The translations under genes and the position numbers were made by a program. Below are positions 26,399 to 37,114 of a stretch of 64,000 nt of DNA, in pieces. Every line of letters begins with the position of its first letter. The stretch's first letter is position 1. A model generated the notes under the pieces. It worked only from the letters and a program-made list of their open reading frames with translations. It made no database searches and was not told the DNA's origin. Source of the stretch: a virus (taxonomy: Duplodnaviria > Heunggongvirae > Uroviricota > Caudoviricetes); IMG/VR virus record IMGVR_UViG_3300043467_001216. One strand, written 5' to 3'.

Positions 26399-27085
26399 AT
26401 GAAAAAAGTAATAAGATTAACAGAATCGGATTTGGTTCGTATAGTTAAAAGAGTTATTAGAGAACAAGAAGGTGGACTTGACCCTCAAGACCCATCAACA
26501 CATTTTGATACAGTTATAAAGGCCTTAACACCTAAAGGTTTTAAAAAAGATACTAGTATGACAAAATCAATGGGTGTTATACAATTAACTAAAGGTGATG
26601 TTGATAGTCATAAAGGTATTCTTGTTCGTTATAATAGTCCTATGCACCAATTAAGTAATAAAAAAAATGTGGTGGAATTAATTGTTAACAACAAACTTGT
26701 TAAATCGTGGAGCCCATCTAACGCTAATATGTATGACGTTATTAAAAGTGTTGAGAAATATTTTAATAGGGTCGTGATGAATGAACAAGATAATACCAAA
26801 AACATACCCCAATTAAAAGTTGGTATGAGTATTGATGTTATTAATCAAGAACGTAGAACCGGATTTATGCCGGTAAATGACCCAAGTGAAGTTGTTACAT
26901 TTTATGGGACCGTTTGTAAAATAGGTAGATTCATCACAATTAAAAATTCTAAAAATGAATGCGTGGAAGTTCTTAATGACCCTAAAAAATTCTATAAAGC
27001 GGGTAGTAATACTTTAGGTGTTGTTTCTTTTTCATTAGATAAAAGTCAGATACAAAAATGTAGTTCTTTTTCTTGTCAAAAATAA
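26399..27085 (+). CDS. putative head-packaged protein
   Basis: MKKVIRLTESDLVRIVKRVIREQ tag; internal VMNEQ; TATTTAT 26376. Confidence 0.75.
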   Translation: MKKVIRLTESDLVRIVKRVIREQEGGLDPQDPSTHFDTVIKALTPKGFKKDTSMTKSMGVIQLTKGDVDSHKGILVRYNSPMHQLSNKKNVVELIVNNKLVKSWSPSNANMYDVIKSVEKYFNRVVMNEQDNTKNIPQLKVGMSIDVINQERRTGFMPVNDPSEVVTFYGTVCKIGRFITIKNSKNECVEVLNDPKKFYKAGSNTLGVVSFSLDKSQIQKCSSFSCQK

Positions 27086-27130
27086 TATAAATAAAAAAAC
27101 CCCATTCCTAAAAAGGTGGGGTTTTTTATT

Positions 27131-27519
27131 TGGTGGAGATAGAGGGACTCGAACCCTCGTGTCGTACATTTTAAGTATTAAGGACTACACGCTTAGGTCA
27201 ACATTTTCTAATGTTCCGAAAATAGTTATTTTTGTTCTTCACCATCGTAAAAATAACAACCAATGGACGATTCGATTTACGGACTCAATCGTTTTTCCGT
27301 CTTTTTAAAGACTTCTGTTCCTGGGTTATATGTCCATCGACCCGCGTCGTCGTAACTTCTTAAGCTACAACAACTTCTTCTTCACGGATTAATCCGATTT
27401 TAGAAAGAGTATTTAAAACGTTGCCGTTTGTACTTCGATACCATAGATTTAAGTGATAGATATCGTCTCACTGCGTGCCCCGAATAGTTAACCATGTCGG
27501 TCAATTCCAAGTTATCCCC
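27131..27519 (-). ncRNA. ssrA: tmRNA
   Basis: 5' GGGGATAA..GGAATTGAC; 3' GAGGG-TTCGAGT-CCCTC-TATCTCC-ACCA with G3:U70; tag frame GNVLNTLSKIGLIREEEVVVA* (27425-27360); upstream TATATTTG and boxA. Confidence 0.92.
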
Positions 27520-27616
27520 ATAAATCAAAGAACTTTGTTTGTTTCTCTATACAAATATAGAATAAATATTGATATATATCAAGAAGGTCTAATATTTATA
27601 ATAAAAGTTTTTAGAA

Positions 27617-28972
27617 ATGAGTGAAATCCTATATCAAGATGACCTATCAAAAGTTATATTAGTAGATAACGTAGAAGATATTAAACAATACACAGATGTT
27701 GAATTTGTTGATAATGTAGTTGAGTACTTTGAGGATTATAAAGATGATGGTGATTTGTATTTAATACATAAGAATCGACAACATCAATATTACATTTTCC
27801 AACAATCAATCTCTAATATGGATTACTTTGATGAAGAATTTAATAAGGTAAGTGTGGTTGATTTCAAGACAAATTTGAAAGATGCTGGATTTACAGGTGC
27901 TCTTAGATATATCAATGAGAATATAGGTAGTGATAATACTGATATTTATGATGCCGTTTTAAAACTATCTAAAAACATACCTATTAATAAAAGTTATCTG
28001 AGACTGTATAACGATAACATTAGTGATGTTAAAATATCTGAAAAAAATCCTAGTAGGTCTATTTTTGTGTTAAAATTTGACGATGACGAATACTTTCAGA
28101 TATTAAATTTAGATGAGGATGAAAGATATTTTTTAAATAGTGTTTATTCTTATTACGGGTATCAATGGTCCGAATCTGCGGATTTACAATCTGAATGGGA
28201 TGAGGGTTATATAATGGGAGGTTTAAATGTTGAAAATTTGAATAAGATTAAAACGGTATTAATAAATAATGGTGAAGAAGAATTATCACAATTAATTGAT
28301 GACGATGCGGTTCGTAAAGCTGTTAGAATGTTGGAGGATTTATATCCTGATGAGGTCGATAGGATTATTCGTGAATATGGTTATGCTATGGATGAGGAGT
28401 CCGATAAGGAGGCTAAAGCAGATATTAATAAGTATTATTGTAATCCATTATTTAGATACGGTATTATTATGTCTAGTTGTATGAGTAAATATCTTGTATC
28501 AGTAACTAAATTGAAACAAATATATGATGAGGTTGGTATCCCTGAATTATCACTTCCTGAAGTATTACAAAAATATTTTGAAGACCGTGGTGTTAGTTTT
28601 GACCAAAATCTTCAAGAATATAGATACGAATATCAACAGGTTGATACCGAACAATTTAACCGTAATGCTAGTTCGGAATTAGATAAAATGGTTTCGGATT
28701 CTGAATCTGAAATGGATGAAAATTCTGGAAAAATTAAAGAAATTATTAAAAAATACGGAGTAAGAAAGAATGTTAAAACACCAAAAGGTGCGTTCCGTAT
28801 TAATAGTTATGATTTAAATAATGGAACTATTGATTACACTTTTAGTAAAGGGGAAGACTATGTTGGGTATAGACCCGAAAGAAGACGAGCAACATTGGAT
28901 GATTTTAACACATTCTTAAATAACTACGAATTATTCGAAAATAAAATAATTCAATTATTGAAACGATTATAA
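27617..28972 (+). CDS. hypothetical acidic protein
   Basis: 451 aa; TATTTAT 27593. Confidence 0.8.
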   Translation: MSEILYQDDLSKVILVDNVEDIKQYTDVEFVDNVVEYFEDYKDDGDLYLIHKNRQHQYYIFQQSISNMDYFDEEFNKVSVVDFKTNLKDAGFTGALRYINENIGSDNTDIYDAVLKLSKNIPINKSYLRLYNDNISDVKISEKNPSRSIFVLKFDDDEYFQILNLDEDERYFLNSVYSYYGYQWSESADLQSEWDEGYIMGGLNVENLNKIKTVLINNGEEELSQLIDDDAVRKAVRMLEDLYPDEVDRIIREYGYAMDEESDKEAKADINKYYCNPLFRYGIIMSSCMSKYLVSVTKLKQIYDEVGIPELSLPEVLQKYFEDRGVSFDQNLQEYRYEYQQVDTEQFNRNASSELDKMVSDSESEMDENSGKIKEIIKKYGVRKNVKTPKGAFRINSYDLNNGTIDYTFSKGEDYVGYRPERRRATLDDFNTFLNNYELFENKIIQLLKRL

Positions 28973-28995
28973 AAAAGTTTTCATACATTTACAGT

Positions 28996-29781
28996 ATGGA
29001 AACAAATTTTTTAAAATCAGTATTGTCAGTTCCGACAAAAACATATCAGGAAAAACTTATGATTGAGTTTTTGGTTAATTATTTAACTGAAAAACAATAT
29101 GACTTTTATCTTGATGAACATCAAAATATCTACATCACAAAACAAACTGATGAAGTGAAATATTTCCCCTGTGTAGTCGCACATACTGATACTGTCCATA
29201 ATTTGGATATAATCAATATTCGTGAAGAAATGTTACCTAACGAACAAGATGAACTCAAACTATCATTAAAAGCCTACAATAACGATGGTAAACCAACAGG
29301 TATTGGTGGTGATGATAAATGTGGGGTATTCGCTTGTTTGACATTATTAGAGGAATTACCGAACTTAAAAGTTGCGTTCTTTGTGTCGGAAGAAACAGGT
29401 TGTCACGGTTCATTAAAAGCTGACCCTAAATTTTTTGAAAACGTCGGTTACGTAATTCAATTTGATGCACCTGGTAACTCAATGGTTACTGAATATTGTT
29501 GGGGAACTCAATTATTCAAAAAGAATAGTAAATTCTTTAAAACTTGTGATAAAGTATTAACTGAGAGTTTTAATGGTAGAAATCATTATGAATCACACCC
29601 TTATACTGACGTATACGCATTAAAGAAACAGTTTGATTTTTCTTGTATCAATTTCGCAATTGGTTATTATGATTATCACACTAAAAATGAGTATGTCGTG
29701 ATAGAAGATGTGTTTAACGGTATTAATGCGGGTAGAAGGATTATCGAATCATTAGGTTGTGATTTGTACAAAACAAAATAA
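28996..29781 (+). CDS. M20/M28-family zinc peptidase
   Basis: AHTDTV, GGDDKCG, SEETGC.GS, QFD, H..NE. Confidence 0.85.
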   Translation: METNFLKSVLSVPTKTYQEKLMIEFLVNYLTEKQYDFYLDEHQNIYITKQTDEVKYFPCVVAHTDTVHNLDIINIREEMLPNEQDELKLSLKAYNNDGKPTGIGGDDKCGVFACLTLLEELPNLKVAFFVSEETGCHGSLKADPKFFENVGYVIQFDAPGNSMVTEYCWGTQLFKKNSKFFKTCDKVLTESFNGRNHYESHPYTDVYALKKQFDFSCINFAIGYYDYHTKNEYVVIEDVFNGINAGRRIIESLGCDLYKTK

Positions 29782-29807
29782 TAATATATTTATTAAAAAA
29801 AAATATT

Positions 29808-30209
29808 ATGAATCCAAAGATTAATAAAATTAAACATATACAAGAATCTAATAAACTATTAGAAAAACGATTAATTAACGAAAAAGAAGAAGTTGATGAA
29901 GGGTTATTTAGCAGTGTTAGGGACGCATACAACGGATTAAAAGGTGTATGGAGAGGTTATGGTTATGATTTCTCAAAACATGCTAGTACATTACGTGGTT
30001 TAGTAAGAAGATTACGTAAATTAGATGAACCTAACGCTGGTATTATGACTGAATTATCCGTATTAAGAACTAAAGTTCAATCGTCTTCAATGCCACCTGA
30101 TAGAAAAAAAGAATTAATAGATAATATTGACGGAGCAATCTATAACTTCAATACCTATTCAAGTTATATAGTCAACATAGAAAATATCACTAACAATATT
30201 TTAAGTTAA
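29808..30209 (+). CDS. hypothetical late protein
   Basis: IQESNKLLEKRLINE..VDEGL; TATTTAT 29787. Confidence 0.75.
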   Translation: MNPKINKIKHIQESNKLLEKRLINEKEEVDEGLFSSVRDAYNGLKGVWRGYGYDFSKHASTLRGLVRRLRKLDEPNAGIMTELSVLRTKVQSSSMPPDRKKELIDNIDGAIYNFNTYSSYIVNIENITNNILS

Positions 30210-30221
30210 AAAAAAAAGGGG

Positions 30222-32273
30222 TTATTCAACCCCTTTTTTCTTTCTACCTCTTTTAGGTTTTTCTTCAATTACATCAATTGTTTCAATCTTCACCTCTTTA
30301 TCCACCGCAATTAATTTATATGGTGTATTCTCAGATAAAGAACCTTTAAGAACTTCTTCAGATATAAAATCTTCAATTTTATCTTGTATTGCTCTTTTTA
30401 ATGGTCTAGCACCATATAATTCATCATAACCCACTTCTGAAATTAATTCAATTACTGAATCATCAAATGTGAAATCATATTTAAGACCTGACAATCTTGT
30501 TTTTAATCTATCAATTTCAAGATTAACAATTTTCTTAACGTTTTCTCTACCTAATGTTTTGAAGACAATCACCTCATCAATACGGTTTAAGAACTCAGGT
30601 GCGAAAAACTTTTGAAGTTCTTTTTTCAACATATCTCGTTTTTGTTCTTCTTCAACATAGGATTTTGCCGTTGTTCCAAATCCAATACCAGTTCCAAAGT
30701 CTTGTAGTTTTCTAACCCCAATATTAGATGTCATAATAATGATACAGTTTTTGAAGTTAATTTTTCTACCTAAACTATCTGTAAGATGTCCGTCATCCAA
30801 CACTTGAAGTAATGTTGAGAAAATGTCTTTATTCGCTTTTTCAACCTCATCAAATAATATAACAGAATATGGTTTGTTTTTAACTTGTTCAGTTAATTGA
30901 CCACCTTCTTCGTGACCAACATACCCCGGAGGTGAACCGATTAATCTTGAGATATTATGTTTCTCTTGATATTCAGACATATCAATTCTAATTAACGCAT
31001 CTTCAGTACCAAATATTTGTTTAGCCAATTGTTTTGCCAAGTGTGTTTTACCAATACCTGTAGAACCTAAGAATATAAACGAACCAATTGGTTTGTTAGG
31101 GTCTTTAATACCTAAACGATTACGTCTAATTGATTTAGCAATTTTTGAAACAGCTTCTTCTTGACCAATAACTTTTTCATTTAAGTTCCCCTCCATTTCA
31201 CTCAATGATTTTGTTTCATCAGCGTTTAATTTGGAGATTGGAATTTTTGTCATATTTGACACTACATCGTAAACAAGTTCGATATTAATTTCTTTACGTT
31301 GAGAGTTTAATGATTCTTCAAATTTCTTTTTCTCTTGTTCAAGTTTATTAAGTACTCGTTTTTCTTTATCACGTAAATTAGCAGCCTCTTCATAATCTTG
31401 TTTTTTAACAACTTCAAGTTTATCTAATTTAATTTGTTGAGCCTCAGCTTTTAAAGTTTCTATTTCTTCGGGGATTTTAACATCCACTTGACTACGAGCA
31501 CCTACCTCATCAATAATGTCAAATGCTTTATCAGGAAATTCTCTATCTGTAATATATCGTTCCGCTAAATCAACACATAGATTTAGTACTTCTTCTGAGT
31601 ATATAACTTTATGGAAATTTTCGTATCTATCTTTTGCGTTTTTAAGGATTTGTAATGTTTCATCTTTAGTTGCAGAATCAACTATCACTTTTTGGAAACG
31701 TCTTTCTAACGCTCCATCTTTCTCAAAGTTTTTACGGTATTCATCTAATGTTGTTGCTCCGACACATTGAATCTCACCTCTTGCTAATGCGGGTTTAAAG
31801 ATGTTAGACGCATCCATAGAACCTGATGAGTTACCAGCACCAACAATTGTGTGGATTTCATCAATGAATACGATGATATTGGAGTTGTTTTGTAATTCTT
31901 CGATAATTACCTTCATTCTCTCCTCAAACTGTCCTCTATATTTAGTGCCGGCAACAATTGATGTCATATCTAATGATACTATTCTTTTATCCATTAAATT
32001 TCTTGGACATTCCCCATTATAAATTTTGATAGCCAAACCTTCTACGATTGCGGTTTTACCACAACCTGGTTCACCAATAACAATTGGGTTATTTTTCTTA
32101 CGTCTTGATAATATTTGAGCAATACGGTTAATCTCACGTTCACGTCCAATAACAGGGTCAATTTTACCTTGTTCCGCTAGTTTAATTAAATCTTTACTAA
32201 AATTATCTAATACAGGTGTTGAGGAATCAGCTGATTTTTTTCCTTTACCTTCGTTGTCTACAGATTCAATCAT
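30222..32273 (-). CDS. clpC: ClpC-like AAA+ ATPase lacking the N-terminal domain
   Basis: Two AAA modules ([16 protein letters not shown]); UVR middle domain; IGF loop. Confidence 0.92.
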   Translation of the reverse strand: MIESVDNEGKGKKSADSSTPVLDNFSKDLIKLAEQGKIDPVIGREREINRIAQILSRRKKNNPIVIGEPGCGKTAIVEGLAIKIYNGECPRNLMDKRIVSLDMTSIVAGTKYRGQFEERMKVIIEELQNNSNIIVFIDEIHTIVGAGNSSGSMDASNIFKPALARGEIQCVGATTLDEYRKNFEKDGALERRFQKVIVDSATKDETLQILKNAKDRYENFHKVIYSEEVLNLCVDLAERYITDREFPDKAFDIIDEVGARSQVDVKIPEEIETLKAEAQQIKLDKLEVVKKQDYEEAANLRDKEKRVLNKLEQEKKKFEESLNSQRKEINIELVYDVVSNMTKIPISKLNADETKSLSEMEGNLNEKVIGQEEAVSKIAKSIRRNRLGIKDPNKPIGSFIFLGSTGIGKTHLAKQLAKQIFGTEDALIRIDMSEYQEKHNISRLIGSPPGYVGHEEGGQLTEQVKNKPYSVILFDEVEKANKDIFSTLLQVLDDGHLTDSLGRKINFKNCIIIMTSNIGVRKLQDFGTGIGFGTTAKSYVEEEQKRDMLKKELQKFFAPEFLNRIDEVIVFKTLGRENVKKIVNLEIDRLKTRLSGLKYDFTFDDSVIELISEVGYDELYGARPLKRAIQDKIEDFISEEVLKGSLSENTPYKLIAVDKEVKIETIDVIEEKPKRGRKKKGVE

Positions 32274-32347
32274 AATCTTTCTTTTTTAATTAAGTATATG
32301 ATAATTATATTTAAAACTCAACGAATATTTATATTTAAAAACTCTAA

Positions 32348-32821
32348 ATGAAAAAAGTCATTAAACTCACGGAAGGTGATTTAATTAAAATAGTTAAACG
32401 AGTTATTAATGAAAATTTATTAATTACCGAGTCATTGTCTATTGAAATAGGTATTGACACTAATGAACTTAAATTTGCAACCCCTAATAGTAAAAATATA
32501 TTAAACATATCTAAAAACACAAAATACTCAAAAAATAAACATAGTGTAATTTCGGTTACAAATAATAAAGGGGTTGTGAATGATTATTTGGTTTATTTGT
32601 TAGGGAAACCATTTAATATTAATTTTATTAAACCTAGTGATAATAATGAAATATTAATTTCGTATTTTACAGGTGAAAGAGATGAGTTAACTAAAAAAGC
32701 GAAAACTAAAAACAAACTTATCAAATTAGAAAAATTAAAAGATTACGTACAGGATTTATTAAAAGGTGAAAAAGAGATTTCAAATTTTTTTGACCCTGTG
32801 AAATTAATTAAAGTAAACTAA
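32348..32821 (+). CDS. putative head-packaged protein
   Basis: MKKVIKLTEGDLIKIVKRVINE tag; TATTTAT 32326. Confidence 0.75.
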   Translation: MKKVIKLTEGDLIKIVKRVINENLLITESLSIEIGIDTNELKFATPNSKNILNISKNTKYSKNKHSVISVTNNKGVVNDYLVYLLGKPFNINFIKPSDNNEILISYFTGERDELTKKAKTKNKLIKLEKLKDYVQDLLKGEKEISNFFDPVKLIKVN

Positions 32822-32825
32822 AATT

Positions 32826-33068
32826 ATGGCAATTACAAAAGAAGAAATAAAGGGGAGTAAAATTATTTGTGAAATTAAATCAAGTAATTTAAAAAAGTCG
32901 GAATACGATACTGAATCTAAAACATTAATGGTGGAATTCAATAACGGTCATAAATACGAATACTATGACGTTCCCCATCAAGTATTTACCCAAATGAGAA
33001 TAAATGAATCTCAAGGTAAATTCTTTAGTACTAAGATATCAAAATCATACAAATACAAAAAAATATAA
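32826..33068 (+). CDS. KTSC domain protein
   Basis: SSNL...YD....L.VEF.NG..YEY.DVP.......SQGKFF...I. Confidence 0.88.
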   Translation: MAITKEEIKGSKIICEIKSSNLKKSEYDTESKTLMVEFNNGHKYEYYDVPHQVFTQMRINESQGKFFSTKISKSYKYKKI

Positions 33069-33088
33069 GTATTTAGGTATTTATTATT

Positions 33089-34453
33089 ATGGATGATTTA
33101 AAGAGTATTCTAAAAAGTTTTAAAGTTCAAGGAAAATTAAATCCTAAGATTTGGAAAAAATCTGAAAGGACTATAGTTATGGATTCTAAAGTTAGAACTC
33201 GTTTATTAGAGATTGCCAACGATTTTATTGAATTTTTAAATCTTGATATTTTAATATCTGACATAGTAATGACAGGTTCATTAGCCAATTATAATTGGTC
33301 GAAATATTCCGATGTTGATATTCATATCTTAATTGATTTTAACCAATTTAGTGAAATTGAAAAACCTTTATATGAAGAACTATTTTATTTGAAAAAATCC
33401 TTATATAATGATAAACACGACTTGAAAATTTTTGGGTATGATGTTGAAAATTATGTTGAGGATGGGTCAACACAAAAAAATGTTAAAGGTATTGGGATTT
33501 ATTCATTATTAAATAATGAATGGTTATCAAAACCTAGTCGTGAACTAGTTGATATTAACTACGAACAAATTTCATCAAAAGTAAAACAATGGATGAAAAT
33601 TATTGACGGTATTGTTGATAATACTAAAGATGAAGATGTTGAAACCTCTAAAAATATCATTAAAAAATGTAATGAAAAATTAGGTAAGTATAGGGAGAGT
33701 GGATTACACGATGGTGGTGAGTATTCTGAAGAAAATTTGGTATTTAAAGTTTTAAGACGTAACGGTTATTTACAAAAAATAAGAAGTTTAAGTGACAAAA
33801 TAGTTGATAAAAAACTATCACTTAAAGAAAGTTTAAATAACGGTAGTAAGTTAGGACAGTTTACTATTATATCCGACAATACTTTAAAAGGTCATGGAGG
33901 TAGAAAATTAAAAAATTGGGAATCTGACAATGCTTGGGATTTAAAAGCACCTATTGGGACTTCTATTTATTCTTTTACAAATGGTATTGTAAGTCACATT
34001 AAACAATCATCACCTGGAAATCCAAAAATATTTGGTACACAAGTTAGTATAAAAGGCGTTAATGGTAATCCAAATATTTTTTACACCCACTTAGAAGGTG
34101 TAAAAATAAAAGTAGGTGATAAAGTGAAAGTTGGTGATTATATTGGTAAGATAACTAGATGGCCAGCAAGTCCATCAGGTAGTCACGTTCACATAGGTTT
34201 ACCGTATGGTAAAGATTTAGGTGAATTGGTAAGTCAAAATAAAATTAATATGAAGAAATTTGAGACCGGTTCTCACAACAATAATAAGGAAACTGATGAT
34301 ACCAAAGTTGATACCAAAATTGATAGTGATGATATCAAATCTAAAATTGACTCTGTTTTAGACTCAGGTAATACTGAAACATCAAAAATTCCTGATGAAC
34401 CTGAAGATTACGGTATGATGGGTCAATTATTAAAAATGGTAGGATTTAAATAA
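33089..34453 (+). CDS. Pol-beta-like nucleotidyltransferase fused to M23-like domain
   Basis: TGSLANYNWS..SDVDIH; C-terminal DLKAPIGT, YTHL, V..GD.IG, HVHIG. Confidence 0.8.
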   Translation: MDDLKSILKSFKVQGKLNPKIWKKSERTIVMDSKVRTRLLEIANDFIEFLNLDILISDIVMTGSLANYNWSKYSDVDIHILIDFNQFSEIEKPLYEELFYLKKSLYNDKHDLKIFGYDVENYVEDGSTQKNVKGIGIYSLLNNEWLSKPSRELVDINYEQISSKVKQWMKIIDGIVDNTKDEDVETSKNIIKKCNEKLGKYRESGLHDGGEYSEENLVFKVLRRNGYLQKIRSLSDKIVDKKLSLKESLNNGSKLGQFTIISDNTLKGHGGRKLKNWESDNAWDLKAPIGTSIYSFTNGIVSHIKQSSPGNPKIFGTQVSIKGVNGNPNIFYTHLEGVKIKVGDKVKVGDYIGKITRWPASPSGSHVHIGLPYGKDLGELVSQNKINMKKFETGSHNNNKETDDTKVDTKIDSDDIKSKIDSVLDSGNTETSKIPDEPEDYGMMGQLLKMVGFK

Positions 34454-34519
34454 AAAAAAGACATTTTTTTTTATCTATATATTTATAAATAAAAATAACT
34501 TAATAACTAAAATTATAAA

Positions 34520-35959
34520 ATGGGAAATTTAAGACCAATTGGTAGTGAAAAACTACAAGGAATGGATAAAATTAATCGTATTATTGAAATATCTCGTTAT
34601 AACGAAAATAGACCAAACCCTATTAACGAAGATAAATCAGTAGAATATACTAAAACATTAGCCGATGGTAAAACTTATCGTATTGATAAAGAAAAAAATG
34701 GTTATGTAATTAAAAAAACTATTTCGGAATCTACAAGTGAATTTGACTATGTTGAGCCGATGAAAAATAGAAAATATTATTCATCATATTCTCAAGCATT
34801 AAAACGATTAAATTTAATTGTTAAAGAAGTTAATACTAATTCAGGTTATTCTAATGGTATGTCACTTTTTAATGAGGATGAGAAAAAAGACACGACTAAA
34901 TACGTTTTAAGTGTTGGTGAAACAAACGAACAAGCGGCTCCCGCTCCTGCTCCCGCACCTGCTCCCGCTCCCGCTCCTGCACCCGCTCCTGACGCTACGG
35001 CAGCTCCCGCTCCCGAACCAACAGATGATTTAGGTTTGGATGGTGATATGGGTATGGAAGATGAGGAACAAGATGATGAACCAATCACATTAAAAGTTAT
35101 TCAAAAGTTAACAGGTAAATTAGCTCAGAAATTAAGAGGTTTTGAAGAAAACAATGAAGAACCTATGACATCTAAAGATATTAAATATGTAATTAATTCT
35201 GTATTATCAGCTGTTGATATTGAATCAATAGATGAAGAAGATAGAGAAGATATTATGAATAAGCTTGAAGGTGTTGAAGACGAAGAAGGTATGGGTGATG
35301 AAATGGGTGACGAAATGGGTGACGTAGAAGGTATGACACCTGAAGAACCAACAGGTGAAGTTGCTGAAGAATCTGAATTCAACTTTGGTGACGATGAATT
35401 TGATGTTGATTATGAAGATGATTATGGATTCATCGACGATTTTGATACGGACGCACCAACAAGAGAAAGAGAACGTATTAAAACACCTGAGAGAGAACGT
35501 GAAAGAGAACGTGAAAGAGAAACTGAAAAACCTATCAGAAGAGTTCCAAATCCTTACAAACCAGGTAAGAGAGAAGAAGAATTACCAAACCCTGAAGCTA
35601 GACGAGGTAGAAACACCCCTGAAGTTCACGGTGGAGGTGAGAGACAAAAACATTTTTATGAAGTAGGTATCGAAAATCGTAAAAGACCTTATGATGTTGA
35701 GGATTTAGAGATTAATGAATCTAAAGTTGATAAAGTACTATCTAAATATTTTATTAATGAAAATAAAACTAATACAAAAAAACCAGTCAATGAAAATTAC
35801 AGAAACTATTCAGTTAATGTAATTCAAGAAATGATGTCGGTTAAATTTAAGAAAAAATATCCAAACTCTAAATTTGTTGGTAAAACAAATAAAGATAATT
35901 TAGTTTTCGAACATAATAATAGAACAATACGTATTACACCTAAAGGTGATATTATATGA
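34520..35959 (+). CDS. acidic low-complexity head/morphogenesis protein
   Basis: 479 aa; AP repeats; several INE/FNE motifs; in terminase operon. Confidence 0.75.
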   Translation: MGNLRPIGSEKLQGMDKINRIIEISRYNENRPNPINEDKSVEYTKTLADGKTYRIDKEKNGYVIKKTISESTSEFDYVEPMKNRKYYSSYSQALKRLNLIVKEVNTNSGYSNGMSLFNEDEKKDTTKYVLSVGETNEQAAPAPAPAPAPAPAPAPAPDATAAPAPEPTDDLGLDGDMGMEDEEQDDEPITLKVIQKLTGKLAQKLRGFEENNEEPMTSKDIKYVINSVLSAVDIESIDEEDREDIMNKLEGVEDEEGMGDEMGDEMGDVEGMTPEEPTGEVAEESEFNFGDDEFDVDYEDDYGFIDDFDTDAPTRERERIKTPERERERERERETEKPIRRVPNPYKPGKREEELPNPEARRGRNTPEVHGGGERQKHFYEVGIENRKRPYDVEDLEINESKVDKVLSKYFINENKTNTKKPVNENYRNYSVNVIQEMMSVKFKKKYPNSKFVGKTNKDNLVFEHNNRTIRITPKGDII

Positions 35960-36366
35960 GTTATTTAATCTATGTTAATGAATTAGGTCCAAACTATAAA
36001 GGGGATAACACGTATGAGTTTATTTTCTCTAATAGTTTAGAAGATATTTGGGGGGACAGTTGGGAATCCAATCCTGCGAATGGATACCCTTCCCCACCTG
36101 ATTTAGAATTTATTAACAAGGTTGGGACTTTAAAGAGTAATGAAGTTACGTTATCCGTAATTCAAAAATCAGATTATTTCTCAATGACCGATTGTATGGA
36201 CGACGTAATATCGTTAGCTTGGGAAAATGAATTGGATGAAATTGATTTCACAATTAAAAAACGATTAGTTTTTAGATTTGGTGAAACTGAACAATCAGTA
36301 AAAAATAAATTATATGAACGAGATATCGTTTTAGAATTTGAAAAAAAAATAGTTTATGAAAATTAA
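35956..36366 (+). CDS. hypothetical protein
   Basis: 136 aa; overlaps neighbours. Confidence 0.8.
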   Translation: MSYLIYVNELGPNYKGDNTYEFIFSNSLEDIWGDSWESNPANGYPSPPDLEFINKVGTLKSNEVTLSVIQKSDYFSMTDCMDDVISLAWENELDEIDFTIKKRLVFRFGETEQSVKNKLYERDIVLEFEKKIVYEN

Positions 36367-37093
36367 CGATAAAATATTACGTTTAGTTAAACACGGTCTT
36401 AAAGCAACTAATCTAACTAAATTAAATGAATCACAAATTAATACATTGTATACTCGTTTAGTAGAACAAGTAACAAAAGTACAGGGTAAAACTCAATATA
36501 TGATTGGTAGTCAAGGTGGTAATATTCCCCCAAACACTAAAGGTTACGACATCAAACAAAATAACGATAAAACTGTTACTGCAATCCCAATAGATGAAAC
36601 TGAAGAAATAAATGAAAAATCAGTTTCTAAACAACAACAAAAATTGATGGGGTTAGCACTTTCTGTTAAGAAAGGTGATACACCAAAATCTAAAGTGTCT
36701 AAGTCAGTTAAAGATATGGCGAAAAAAATGTCTAAGTCGGATTTAGAAGACTTTGCATCCACAAAACATAAAGGTTTACCTAATAAAGTTGAGACTAACG
36801 AAGAAGAAAAATATGATTTAGGTGATGCGTTTGAAAAACACGCTGCTAATTATCTAACTAAAGTTGCTCAAAAAAGTGTACCTCGTATTGGTGAAATTGG
36901 TGAATCTCAATTAGAAAAAGAAATTACAAGAATAGTTGAAAAACATTTATCACCAAAGATGACTAAGAAAGATTTTATGAATATAATTGAAAACAATCTT
37001 ATTGTTGCAAGAGAATCTGAAATGAATGAAGAGTCGGAAGACGAAATGGGATTACCATCTTGGTTACGTTGGGAAAATATAACTAAAAAATAA
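36356..37093 (+). CDS. DUF3008-like motif protein
   Basis: KSVSKQQQKLMGLALSVKKG...MSKSDLEDFASTKHKGLP. Confidence 0.7.
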   Translation: MKINDKILRLVKHGLKATNLTKLNESQINTLYTRLVEQVTKVQGKTQYMIGSQGGNIPPNTKGYDIKQNNDKTVTAIPIDETEEINEKSVSKQQQKLMGLALSVKKGDTPKSKVSKSVKDMAKKMSKSDLEDFASTKHKGLPNKVETNEEEKYDLGDAFEKHAANYLTKVAQKSVPRIGEIGESQLEKEITRIVEKHLSPKMTKKDFMNIIENNLIVARESEMNEESEDEMGLPSWLRWENITKK

Positions 37094-37114
37094 TTTTATC
37101 TAAAATAAGTAAAA

